NCBI GenBank assembly: GCA_900545935.1 | Contig: URAP01000004.1 | Location: forward strand, 13,808 to 77,807 | Direction of reading: 5' to 3' | DNA: 64,000 nt | Origin: an uncultured Eubacteriales bacterium | GTDB lineage: Bacteria > Bacillota > Clostridia > Oscillospirales > CAG-272 | Shown here: in pieces, positions 38,901 to 47,316 of the stretch | Layout of the letters: every line of letters begins with the position of its first letter | Position numbering within the stretch: the first letter of the stretch is position 1 | The notes under the pieces: model-generated | The model's input: only the letters and a program-made list of their open reading frames with translations | What the model was told of the DNA's origin: nothing | The model's database searches: none | Made by a program: the position numbers and the translations under genes

Positions 38901-40042
38901 CCGCTTCCATGAGATCTTGTACAAACGAGGGCTGCTCTGAGGTCCAGGTTGGTGACTATGTTATCCCCGCTAAGGGCCACAGCTACGTATATAGCTGCGC
39001 AGCAAATCAGACACAGAATAGCTTCCGTAAGGGACACATCGGAAAGTGCTCGGTATGCGGCGACGTAACCGAAACAATAGCACATACACCGAACGAGCTC
39101 GGAATCTGCTCCGAGTGCGGCGGAAATGTAAAGCTTCTCGTAAGCAGCTACTCCGTATCTCTTGCAGACGTACTTAACCTTAACATTAAGGTTGACACCG
39201 CAAACTTTGAGGGCTATGACAGCTTCTTCGTTAAGTTTGTGGAGCACTTCTCTGACGGCAGTGACGATCTTGTAACAACAATATCCAATTATACAACAGA
39301 GGGTTCGAGATACGTATTCAGCTACGGTGCACCTCCTCAGAGAGCAGTAAACAACATTGACGTATATGTATGCGGTGTTAAGAACGGCGAGACCTATACC
39401 GGCAGTTACCGTACCTTCAACATCAAGGATTACATCTATCTCCAGCTGAACAAGACCAATGTTGAGACCGCGCTCAAGACCGTTTATGTACACCTGCTCG
39501 ACTACATCACCGAGGCACAGCGTGTTGTAAACTATAATCTTGACAATCTCGCAAATGCAGCACTTACCGATGAGATGACTGCACTCAGACTTCCTGAAAA
39601 CAAGGTATATACCAATATCGCAGGAACGACTGTAAACGAGGGCGCATCCGGTGCAACATATAAGTCCAGATCGCTCTACTGCGCAGATGCAGTATCCTTC
39701 AAGTACAACTTCACTCTTGATAATGCACAGTACACCACCGATAATGTAAAGGTCGTTGTAACCTATAAGGATGACGGCGTTGTAATGGCAGAGTATACCG
39801 GCAATCAGATCACATATGACGAGACAACCGGCAGATATACAGTGGTCGTAGGTCTTATCGCTCAGAACATGAGCAAGGCATTCGAACTCAACGTATACAC
39901 TCTCGACGGAACCCTTATCACCGGTAAGACCCTGACCAACTCCATCGAGTCTCAGGTAGCTACCAATAAGGATACCACCATCACTGCAATGCTCGATGCT
40001 ATGATGCAGTACGGCAGAGCAGCTGCTAAGCTTGTCGGCTGA
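35963..40042 (+). CDS. giant secreted protein 1: signal peptide, four CBM9/DOMON-like modules, Cys-motif linkers, shared C-terminal module
   Basis: Start at MKKTFKKVLSTVVASLFVLQSAALA after GGAGAAG. The module openers recur (TPTIDGVLDNAY, TPELDGVKDKAY, TPTIDGVVDAAY, AAVDGVKDAAY). It has repeated xTCxxxGxxxxxCxxCG...GH motifs. The last 355 aa are identical to those of protein 2. Confidence 0.85.
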   Translation: MKKTFKKVLSTVVASLFVLQSAALAAVSVGAVDANVLKYTPTIDGVLDNAYLNSAKVDLDTSKVAGMGTSPNLKGTAYYLWDGGYLYMAAEITGDPKLEATGNSPWTDSAAFTFFKKGEEQVEAGRIVVEPMEGTFQFSNTNGTACGSNLPAVGTTAKISDYSSEVAYTADTVKGTYIVEARMKFDSAAAGTQYSINFGALDGQNYAVIGDWGWAGPVGGTLTLSSEEYIDAPTTVAKYTPELDGVKDKAYDASISHAVEGVTYNFLYDDSYIYLYAEGTMTVDATSYLNITFTGTPVNAGVITSEGINFIIQPFHNPTSGVVGNVQTWQAIGGGQANMGSNLAKDASAATEFKITVDGGKFTAEVRVANATALDKVVAFANGVYNAGTLTAGEGDYWKFWGDGSAPKYTALTLGEAYNPGHTHTFEDEFTVDEAATCLKVGSKSRHCVDFDTCGGKTDVTEIPVIDHNIENGVCTMCGMLLIQRGTPTIDGVVDAAYATTGSNTVNSGTVKFLWDDNYIYAIVTTKETDAKVTVESISDLWGHTIGMGIDFASRTLTPASDDWTYITLNNKGTFAQNLYLKDKLVGVEGVDYAFGSDADTNIFEIKIATDTAFLDQNDYVVGFGSGACDENLWKWNGTIYNGGDAAKGTGLKTLFAHAASCDKVFSADYTVVVAPTCTEVGYKARLCACGVTTDVTTVPALGHTFVNGKCSVCGTIEVAVPNTSVPYVTAAVDGVKDAAYDSGVKYYVNGATAYLLYDKDYFYVYVEADEGENVTYFTLGNPDKTDTVGPFWSHTASVKFDFNAKNVTTKGWEYGVFNQNGQSTFADNISVDGGDTCLAKAGTDYVFADGAKAAELKIHIGEGYATNNYAGRAYVGSTIYSIGFGTETDGINLTGGALHAQVINGKCTPLTLARCLNGCTAAEARVVITEPTCHSVGTSAEVCAVCGGIIEGSEQEIAMTEHNWAYEIDVAPTCTTEGSASMRSCTNEGCSEVQVGDYVIPAKGHSYVYSCAANQTQNSFRKGHIGKCSVCGDVTETIAHTPNELGICSECGGNVKLLVSSYSVSLADVLNLNIKVDTANFEGYDSFFVKFVEHFSDGSDDLVTTISNYTTEGSRYVFSYGAPPQRAVNNIDVYVCGVKNGETYTGSYRTFNIKDYIYLQLNKTNVETALKTVYVHLLDYITEAQRVVNYNLDNLANAALTDEMTALRLPENKVYTNIAGTTVNEGASGATYKSRSLYCADAVSFKYNFTLDNAQYTTDNVKVVVTYKDDGVVMAEYTGNQITYDETTGRYTVVVGLIAQNMSKAFELNVYTLDGTLITGKTLTNSIESQVATNKDTTITAMLDAMMQYGRAAAKLVG

Positions 40043-40067
40043 TTCTCTATTCGATAGGACTAACCGA
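38978..40067 (+). repeat. 1,090-bp direct repeat, copy A
   Basis: Identical, in every stretch I compared by eye and per the identical ORF-track translations on both strands, to 43511-44600 (offset 4,533 bp). The first mismatch is at 40068 (a versus g). Confidence 0.85.
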
Positions 40068-40076
40068 ATAACCTCC

Positions 40077-40109
40077 GCAGCCCGCGATTCGTCGCGGGCT
40101 GCATTTTTT
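40077..40109 (+). terminator. rho-independent terminator after giant protein 1
   Basis: An 11-bp GC-rich stem (gcagcccgcga / tcgcgggctgc) with a TTCG loop and a T6 run. Confidence 0.85.
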
Positions 40110-40152
40110 ATGCAAAGTAACACATTTGACGCAGCATATAAATCTAATACTA

Positions 40153-40180
40153 TTGACTTTACAGATAAATGTGCTATAAT
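40153..40180 (+). promoter_or_regulatory. promoter of giant protein 2
   Basis: TTGACT, a 16-nt spacer ending in TGc, then TATAAT. Confidence 0.6.
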
Positions 40181-40240
40181 TGACATATAGAATTATATCT
40201 GTTGCAAAGAAAATACAATAATGAAAAGGTTGGTCACGAC

Positions 40241-43200
40241 ATGAAAACAAAAGCGTGTAGCAGAGCCGCAGCGTGGTTTCTTTCGGTAGCGACCCTTATA
40301 TCCGCGTCGGCGCTTTCATTTACCGTATCTGTAAGTGCGGCGGGCAAGGTCGCCGATACCTCCCCGAAAACATCAAAGACTCTTTATAACGGTGTCAGCT
40401 ACGATTATTACGAGCTTCCGTCAAGCTCAAAATACGGCGCCAAGGATTTCAGCGTTGTTGAATTTGATCTTGCGCAAAGCGATCTTTATCTCGATGTAGT
40501 TTCGGCAGGCTCATATTCAAATCAGCTTGCACCAACATCGAAAATTCTTTCAAATTTTAATAAGAATAATACCGAGGGCAAAACTGCGATTGCCGCAATA
40601 AACGGCGATTTGTGGATGGTTAATTATTGCCATTCGAGAACCTCCAATATTACCTATGGCGGTGTTCAATACGGACCGGTCGTAAAAAAGACACTCACGC
40701 TCCCTCGCGGGTTTAATGTCAGCGACGGTGAGATAATCTCTTCGGCATGTATACCGGAGGAAACGCCGTACGAGAGTGATTTCTATACCTTCGGAATTAC
40801 AGATGACTATGTGCCGTTTATGTGCAATCCCGGAACCGGCATTACGGTCACGAATACGACCCGCAATGCTAAGTTCTATACCGAGGCGCTCAACCGTCTG
40901 CCTGTCGAGGATGCGACGGTAGTCTATACCGATAAGGGCTGCCTGAATAACTATGCGCTCGATGATGCCTATGAGGTGGTCGTCGATGTTCCGTATGACT
41001 ACAAGGTTGCGCACGGCTGCAGCATAACCGGTACGGTCAGCGGCATATACGGGCCGAGCAGCAGCGGTAATCCGACAATGCAGGCGAACCGTATAATTCT
41101 TACGGCGCGCGGCAGTACACAGATCGCGCAGCTCTCCTCCTACAAGGTCGGAGACAGCGTTACGATATCGGTCAATACCTATGATAAATGGGGTCATTAT
41201 ACAGACCTGCTGCATCGCATATCAGAGGGTGTCGGCGGACATATACCGCTTGTTATTGATGGTGAGTATTGCGACGAACTGTGTGCGGGGCTTACGAATC
41301 TTTATGCGACCTCGATAATCGGCTATACTTCTACCGGCAGCATCAAGCTGCTTACGCTCGACAGTGTGTCAAGTAGCTCCTCATCCAAGTATTTTCGTAT
41401 AGCAGATATGCCCGCACTTTGCCGAGAACTTGATATCGTAAATGCCTTCTTACTTGATGGCGGCGGATCTGCGACGATGGTGACGCTTGACAGCGGCTCC
41501 TATAAGCTGCAGGGTACACCGAGCGACGGCAGCGAGCGTTCTGTTATCAATGCTATAATTCTCTCGCACGGTCCCGAAAAGGCAGCGCAGGGCAGCTTTA
41601 TACCTGTGCCGAACTATAACGATAATCTTTCGGAGCTGCGCTTTACCTCCTCCGATTCGATGAAGTATTTTCTTCAGCGATCTTCCCTCAAGGCAGAAAA
41701 GCTCGTCAGCCTCGGTTACAGTGATACGGAAAAGGCACTTGAGATAACCACAGTGACTGATAACGATCCGTATTTTTACATCAATTATTCAAAGAGCACT
41801 GTCAAGCTCTCGGCTGATAATTATAAGTATGCCGTAATGACATACAAGAATCCTACGACAAATTCCGATAAGGCCGCAAGGGCGAGCTTGTTCCCATGTG
41901 CCGGCAGCCAGACCCTGGCATCGCCGACCTGCTCCGTGACCTTTGATCTCGAACGCAGTAATTCTTATTGCAGTAAGGTCATAGATTTGTCCTCGCTCAG
42001 CGCATGGACCGGAACGATAAACGCTATGCGGTGGGACTTCTTTGATGAAGCGAGCGTCGGCGATAAGCTGTATGTTAAATCTCTTATTCTCTGTAAGACT
42101 GAGGCAGAGGCTGCCGCTGTTGCCGAGAGTGAGAAGAACAGAGCGGAGATCAGTTTCGGCTCGGAAAAGATGCTCCGTCATACACCTAAAATAGACGGCA
42201 GGCTTGATGATGCCTACCTTGCTTCGTGCGGCGTGGTGCTTGATACCACCGTGATCAAAAATGCCGTTACCGGCAAGCCGGTTTCCGATACCGTTCGCAG
42301 CAAGTATGCCGGCGACCTTTGGGCATATGCATACTACCTCTATGATTCAAATTATATTTATGCTTATGTTACCGTTCATGATACTACCTTGACTCCCGCC
42401 TCCGGTGTAACCGCATCTAACGCCGCGCGAAACAATAATGTTTATCTTTCGGTATGGAACGGAGCGACATGGCCCGGAAGCTCTGCTGAGATACTGCTGA
42501 ATGCGACCAACGGATATGCCTTTGTTTCCGGTTCTGCGGGCGGCTTCGGATCGAACTTTGCTGCCGCATACGGAACCGAAACGCCGTCTACCGAATACGC
42601 ATATTCGCTGAATTCGGACGGCAGCGGCTATGTTATCGAGGCGCGCATATATGCTCCCGGCTATAATACCGGTGATAGCGTTTCGATAGCTCTCGGAGCA
42701 AATGATCTTGTTACGAGCAGCTTGAATTTCTGGCGCTTCGGAAATGTATATTCTTACGATAAGGATGCGTCATTTGATGCGACCGTAACTCTCGGCGACT
42801 ATTACGAGTCACACACTCATACATGGGAGAGCGATTATACCGTTGATACTCCCGCGACCTGCACCTCGGTAGGCAGCAAGAGCATCCATTGCAGCGGCTG
42901 CGGCGAGATAAAGCCCGGCTCTGCCGTTTCGATCCCGATGCTGTCGCACAGCTATGTCCTCTCTTCCTCTGTTGCGCCGACCTGTGTCAACAGCGGAACA
43001 GAAACCTATATATGCTCCGTATGCGGAAAAAATGATGTCAGGAGCATTCCGGCGCTCGGTCATAGCTATAATGCCGACGGCATATGTGAGCGCTGCGGTT
43101 ACAGTGAAAAGCCAATTGTTAAGTCCTTCACAGAGTCCGGTGCGCTAAAACCGGGCGATACCGTGATCTTTACACTCTCTCTTGACGGTTGTGCATCGCT

Positions 43201-44575
43201 CAAATCGCTCCGTGTCATTCCTAAATTCGACAGCTCTGTTTTTGAGATCGTTTCAATGCGTTGGCTTATTACCGGAACATCTATATCCGATGTCTCGGAT
43301 GCGTACGCCGTTGCCGCTTATGCGACAGAGACCTCCGGTGTCGGCGGCGATATCTTTGAGTGTGAATTGAGAGTAAAGGATAATGCTGCTGCCGGCGAAC
43401 ATTCGGTTGGCTTTGACGTTATGATAAAGAGCAAGGCGACCGGAACCGAGACGGCACTGAATATCGTTCAGCCCGAGGATTGGACTGTGACTGTTGAACC
43501 CGCGCATGTTCACAGCTACGTATATAGCTGCGCAGCAAATCAGACACAGAATAGCTTCCGTAAGGGACACATCGGAAAGTGCTCGGTATGCGGCGACGTA
43601 ACCGAAACAATAGCACATACACCGAACGAGCTCGGAATCTGCTCCGAGTGCGGCGGAAATGTAAAGCTTCTCGTAAGCAGCTACTCCGTATCTCTTGCAG
43701 ACGTACTTAACCTTAACATTAAGGTTGACACCGCAAACTTTGAGGGCTATGACAGCTTCTTCGTTAAGTTTGTGGAGCACTTCTCTGACGGCAGTGACGA
43801 TCTTGTAACAACAATATCCAATTATACAACAGAGGGTTCGAGATACGTATTCAGCTACGGTGCACCTCCTCAGAGAGCAGTAAACAACATTGACGTATAT
43901 GTATGCGGTGTTAAGAACGGCGAGACCTATACCGGCAGTTACCGTACCTTCAACATCAAGGATTACATCTATCTCCAGCTGAACAAGACCAATGTTGAGA
44001 CCGCGCTCAAGACCGTTTATGTACACCTGCTCGACTACATCACCGAGGCACAGCGTGTTGTAAACTATAATCTTGACAATCTCGCAAATGCAGCACTTAC
44101 CGATGAGATGACTGCACTCAGACTTCCTGAAAACAAGGTATATACCAATATCGCAGGAACGACTGTAAACGAGGGCGCATCCGGTGCAACATATAAGTCC
44201 AGATCGCTCTACTGCGCAGATGCAGTATCCTTCAAGTACAACTTCACTCTTGATAATGCACAGTACACCACCGATAATGTAAAGGTCGTTGTAACCTATA
44301 AGGATGACGGCGTTGTAATGGCAGAGTATACCGGCAATCAGATCACATATGACGAGACAACCGGCAGATATACAGTGGTCGTAGGTCTTATCGCTCAGAA
44401 CATGAGCAAGGCATTCGAACTCAACGTATACACTCTCGACGGAACCCTTATCACCGGTAAGACCCTGACCAACTCCATCGAGTCTCAGGTAGCTACCAAT
44501 AAGGATACCACCATCACTGCAATGCTCGATGCTATGATGCAGTACGGCAGAGCAGCTGCTAAGCTTGTCGGCTGA
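40241..44575 (+). CDS. giant secreted protein 2: phosphodiester glycosidase (NAGPA/DUF2233-like) domain, CBM9-like module, Cys motifs, cohesin-like module, shared C-terminal module
   Basis: Start at MKTKACSRAAAWFLSVATLISASALS. AAINGDLWM and NAFLLDGGGSATMV are typical of the phosphodiester glycosidase family. TPKIDGRLDDAY opens a CBM9-like module. GDTVIFTLSLDGCASLKSLRVIPKFDSSVFEIV is cohesin-like (tentative). Confidence 0.85.
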   Translation: MKTKACSRAAAWFLSVATLISASALSFTVSVSAAGKVADTSPKTSKTLYNGVSYDYYELPSSSKYGAKDFSVVEFDLAQSDLYLDVVSAGSYSNQLAPTSKILSNFNKNNTEGKTAIAAINGDLWMVNYCHSRTSNITYGGVQYGPVVKKTLTLPRGFNVSDGEIISSACIPEETPYESDFYTFGITDDYVPFMCNPGTGITVTNTTRNAKFYTEALNRLPVEDATVVYTDKGCLNNYALDDAYEVVVDVPYDYKVAHGCSITGTVSGIYGPSSSGNPTMQANRIILTARGSTQIAQLSSYKVGDSVTISVNTYDKWGHYTDLLHRISEGVGGHIPLVIDGEYCDELCAGLTNLYATSIIGYTSTGSIKLLTLDSVSSSSSSKYFRIADMPALCRELDIVNAFLLDGGGSATMVTLDSGSYKLQGTPSDGSERSVINAIILSHGPEKAAQGSFIPVPNYNDNLSELRFTSSDSMKYFLQRSSLKAEKLVSLGYSDTEKALEITTVTDNDPYFYINYSKSTVKLSADNYKYAVMTYKNPTTNSDKAARASLFPCAGSQTLASPTCSVTFDLERSNSYCSKVIDLSSLSAWTGTINAMRWDFFDEASVGDKLYVKSLILCKTEAEAAAVAESEKNRAEISFGSEKMLRHTPKIDGRLDDAYLASCGVVLDTTVIKNAVTGKPVSDTVRSKYAGDLWAYAYYLYDSNYIYAYVTVHDTTLTPASGVTASNAARNNNVYLSVWNGATWPGSSAEILLNATNGYAFVSGSAGGFGSNFAAAYGTETPSTEYAYSLNSDGSGYVIEARIYAPGYNTGDSVSIALGANDLVTSSLNFWRFGNVYSYDKDASFDATVTLGDYYESHTHTWESDYTVDTPATCTSVGSKSIHCSGCGEIKPGSAVSIPMLSHSYVLSSSVAPTCVNSGTETYICSVCGKNDVRSIPALGHSYNADGICERCGYSEKPIVKSFTESGALKPGDTVIFTLSLDGCASLKSLRVIPKFDSSVFEIVSMRWLITGTSISDVSDAYAVAAYATETSGVGGDIFECELRVKDNAAAGEHSVGFDVMIKSKATGTETALNIVQPEDWTVTVEPAHVHSYVYSCAANQTQNSFRKGHIGKCSVCGDVTETIAHTPNELGICSECGGNVKLLVSSYSVSLADVLNLNIKVDTANFEGYDSFFVKFVEHFSDGSDDLVTTISNYTTEGSRYVFSYGAPPQRAVNNIDVYVCGVKNGETYTGSYRTFNIKDYIYLQLNKTNVETALKTVYVHLLDYITEAQRVVNYNLDNLANAALTDEMTALRLPENKVYTNIAGTTVNEGASGATYKSRSLYCADAVSFKYNFTLDNAQYTTDNVKVVVTYKDDGVVMAEYTGNQITYDETTGRYTVVVGLIAQNMSKAFELNVYTLDGTLITGKTLTNSIESQVATNKDTTITAMLDAMMQYGRAAAKLVG

Positions 44576-44600
44576 TTCTCTATTCGATAGGACTAACCGA
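43511..44600 (+). repeat. 1,090-bp direct repeat, copy B
   Basis: See copy A. The repeat covers the last 1,065 nt of the CDS including the stop, plus 25 nt downstream. Confidence 0.85.
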
Positions 44601-44826
44601 GTAACCTCGGAGATGACAAAAAGTTAGAACCGAAAAAGTGAAGAAGAGCTCATCCTGCTTCGGTATGTCCGAGCAACAAAGAAAAGAGGACGAGATACTA
44701 TCGGATTTCTCTTATAGAATGAAATTCACTTTTTCTGCAGATGATCCTGTCGTCCGGGGCGAGCTTGTACGTCTGATATGGTAAAACTACATGCATTGAA
44801 CATATTTACCTGTTCTCGAGTGATCA

Positions 44827-44864
44827 GGGACTGTTAAAAAACTTGTTTTTTAACAGTCCCTTTT
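44827..44864 (+). terminator. rho-independent terminator about 250 nt after giant protein 2
   Basis: A 15-bp stem (gggactgttaaaaaa / ttttttaacagtccc) with a 4-nt loop and a T4 run. Confidence 0.7.
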
Positions 44865-44956
44865 ATATTTGCCTGCGTATATTCCGTAATTCTCGTGCTT
44901 TTCTTCAACCGTAACGACGCGCTGCTTCTGCCATTTGTGATCGTAGTTTTATTAAC

Positions 44957-45000
44957 AAAAAACGTCTCCCCGCAGGTCTACTTGACCATGCGGGGAGACG
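44957..45000 (-). terminator. rho-independent terminator of pyrR-pyrP
   Basis: A 10-12-bp stem (cgtctccccg / cggggagacg). The A6 run on the plus strand reads as a T6 run after the hairpin on the minus strand. Confidence 0.8.
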
Positions 45001-45038
45001 AAAAACGAATGTATTTACAAGACTTAATATTTGGGATA

Positions 45039-46379
45039 TTACTTCTCGTCCTTCTTCTTGCCGGAGAGGAGGAGATTGGTTAGGATTCCGAGGATGAGTG
45101 CGGAAGCGACCTCGGTTATGGTGACCGGGCCGATGCCGATGGACATTCCGCCGATACCGGTGATAAGTATTACCGAAACAACGAATAGGTTGTGGTTATC
45201 GCCGAGATCGATTTTCTGTATCATCTTAAGACCGGAGACTGCGATGAATCCGTAAAGGGTGATGCACACACCGCCCATTACGCAGGAAGGGATGGTCGCA
45301 AGGAAGGTCACAAAGGGCGCGAAGAACGAAGCGATAATAGCGAGAATTGCGGTCGTAAAAATGGTGTAAACGGAAGCATTACCTGTGATAGCAACGCATC
45401 CGACCGACTCGCCGTAGGTGGTGTTCGGGCAGCCGCCGAAGATCGCGCCGACGATCGAGCCTACGCCGTCGCCGAGCAGGGTGCGATGGAGACCGGGCTC
45501 CTCAAGAAGCTCGTGTCCGATGATGGAGGAGAGGTTCTTGTGGTCTGCTATGTGCTCGGCGAAAACAACGAATGCGACGGGAACATATGCAACCGCGATC
45601 GTTGCTATGTACTGGCCGTTTATCTCGCTAAGGCCCTTTGCCGCCTTGATGAAGGTGAAGTCAGGGTACCACTGCATGTTGGCGAAGCGCGAGAAGTCGA
45701 TGATGACCATAGCCTCGTTGCCTGTCGCATTGCCGATAACGGTGAACACGGTAGCTACGAGATAGCCTGCGATAATACCGATCACGAAAGGAATGAGCTT
45801 AGCCATTTTCTTTCCGTAGACCGAGCAAACGGTGACGACTGCGAGGGTCACAAGTGCGCAGATGAGGCAGAGCCAGCCGTGGAGGTTCATCTGGAATACT
45901 CCGCCGTCGGTCTTGGCGATGGAGATCGCGTCGCTGACAGCATTGCCTGCGAGCGAGAGACCGATGATAGCGACGGTAGGTCCGATGATAACAGCGGGCA
46001 TGAGCTTGTTAATCCAACGAACGCCTGCGAACTTAACGATAATTGCTATAAGCACATATACGAGCCCTGCGAATGCAGCGCCGATGATTATGCCCGCGAA
46101 GCCTGCCTCTGCGGTAGCTGCGCCCGCGAAGGCTGCCGACATGGAGCCGAGGAATGCGAACGAGGAGCCGAGGAATACGGGGCTTCTGAACTTGGTGAAG
46201 AGCAGATAAACGATGGTGCCCACGCCTGCGCCGAAGAGCGCTGCGGACTGGGACATTCCGTTGCCGATAATAGAAGGAACGGCGATCGTTGCCGCAAGAA
46301 TTGCGAGCAGCTGCTGGAGCGCAAATATAAGATTCGCGCCGAATTTAGGCTTGTCTTTGACCTGGTAGATAAGATTCAT
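45039..46379 (-). CDS. pyrP: uracil permease (NCS2 family)
   Basis: 446 aa, polytopic, with NCS2-type motifs (FALQQLLAILAATIAVP, GDGVGSIVGAIFGGCPNTTYGESVG). It lies directly downstream of pyrR and has a GGAGGAT SD. Confidence 0.88.
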   Translation of the reverse strand: MNLIYQVKDKPKFGANLIFALQQLLAILAATIAVPSIIGNGMSQSAALFGAGVGTIVYLLFTKFRSPVFLGSSFAFLGSMSAAFAGAATAEAGFAGIIIGAAFAGLVYVLIAIIVKFAGVRWINKLMPAVIIGPTVAIIGLSLAGNAVSDAISIAKTDGGVFQMNLHGWLCLICALVTLAVVTVCSVYGKKMAKLIPFVIGIIAGYLVATVFTVIGNATGNEAMVIIDFSRFANMQWYPDFTFIKAAKGLSEINGQYIATIAVAYVPVAFVVFAEHIADHKNLSSIIGHELLEEPGLHRTLLGDGVGSIVGAIFGGCPNTTYGESVGCVAITGNASVYTIFTTAILAIIASFFAPFVTFLATIPSCVMGGVCITLYGFIAVSGLKMIQKIDLGDNHNLFVVSVILITGIGGMSIGIGPVTITEVASALILGILTNLLLSGKKKDEK

Positions 46380-46430
46380 CTTATTGATCCTCCGGTTATT
46401 ATTTATGTAAATACTTTCGTATTTATATAC

Positions 46431-46967
46431 TCATTCTCCGTAGAGCTCGACGCCCATAGTGTCGTCGTACGGCGGTATAAGCACCGAGACACGCTCGTTC
46501 TGAGCGGTCGGGATGCTTTTTCCTATATAGTCGGCGCGGAAAGGCAGTTCTCTGTGCCCGCGGTCGATGAGGATTGCGAGTCGGATGGCACGCGGCCGTC
46601 CGATCGAGAATATAGCGTCGATTGCGGCTCTTACGGTCCGACCGGTGTAGAGCACATCATCGACGAGCACGACCTTTTTGTTAACTATGTCAAATCCGAG
46701 CTCTGAGGTCGAGATGACGGGACTTTCATACCGATGTGTGAGATCGTCTCTGTAAAACTTGATGTCGATCGCGCCGCAGGGAACATGAACGCCCTCCGAG
46801 CGATAGATGTTCTCGGCGATCATTTCCGCCAAACGCTCTCCGCGCCGACGTACACCGACTATGCAGAGGTCGTCTGTGCCCTTGTTTTTTTCGACTATCT
46901 CAAATGAAATTCTGCGGACGGTGCGGCAGAGCGTCTCGCCGTCCATAATACGTGCTTTTAGCTGCAT
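46431..46967 (-). CDS. pyrR: bifunctional pyr operon regulator / uracil phosphoribosyltransferase PyrR
   Basis: Start at MQLKARIMDGE after GGAGGTG. It has the PRPP-binding loop VVLVDDVLYTGRTVRAAIDA and IDRGHRELPFRADYIGK. Confidence 0.92.
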   Translation of the reverse strand: MQLKARIMDGETLCRTVRRISFEIVEKNKGTDDLCIVGVRRRGERLAEMIAENIYRSEGVHVPCGAIDIKFYRDDLTHRYESPVISTSELGFDIVNKKVVLVDDVLYTGRTVRAAIDAIFSIGRPRAIRLAILIDRGHRELPFRADYIGKSIPTAQNERVSVLIPPYDDTMGVELYGE

Positions 46968-47100
46968 GTTGCACCTCCGGATTTTTTCAGAGCAAAAGAA
47001 AAGAACCCTGCGGCAGAGGGCGCGCAAGATCCGTATAGGCGGCAAAAGCCGTGTGAGTTTATAATCGGATCTTGTCGGTCTCTCTGTACCGAACTTAAAG
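46968..47100 (-). promoter_or_regulatory. candidate PyrR-binding attenuator leader
   Basis: The minus-strand RNA has the hairpin UCGGU-ACAGAGAG-ACCGA (47075-47092), resembling the PyrR binding loop (CAGAGAG core). A 9-bp long-range pairing CAAGAUCCG/CGGAUCUUG follows, then a U-rich tract before the SD. The terminator stem itself looks weak. Confidence 0.45.
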
Positions 47101-47316
47101 ACTCGTTTTTGCTTTCAGAATTCTATCACTTCAGGCGAAAAATGTCAATATGTTTTGCAAAAAAAACAAAAAAATTTTTGTTCGATTTTATACCCATAAA
47201 ATCAAACGGGAAAATATTCATATAGGCAAATTCAGAACGTGTATTGCATATTTTTCATCCATATGATATAATTTTCTTGCTATAAAAAGGCGATACGCCG
47301 AAAAACGGAGGACGCT

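Noticed and set aside
36179-40186. 471-aa and 811-aa minus-strand ORFs opposite giant protein 1 (and 257 aa at 43253-44026 opposite protein 2)
   Set aside because: The long open antisense frames are explained by the biased codon usage (few stop-complement codons) of the Thr/Gly/Ala/Val-rich sense genes. The sense frames have signal peptides, promoters and terminators, and the antisense frames have none.
44636-44785. 49-codon GVG-type small ORF (GTG start, ...ILSDFSYRMKFTFSADDPVVRGELVRLIW) downstream of giant protein 2
   Set aside because: It has no SD sequence and a non-ATG start, and it lies in the divergent tail after the 1.09-kb repeat. It is more likely a relic fragment than a gene.
45192-46706. 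504-aa plus-strand ORF opposite pyrP and pyrR
   Set aside because: It is antisense to two well-supported genes and spans their intergenic gap. Its composition is implausible (Asp/Glu/Arg/Cys-rich).
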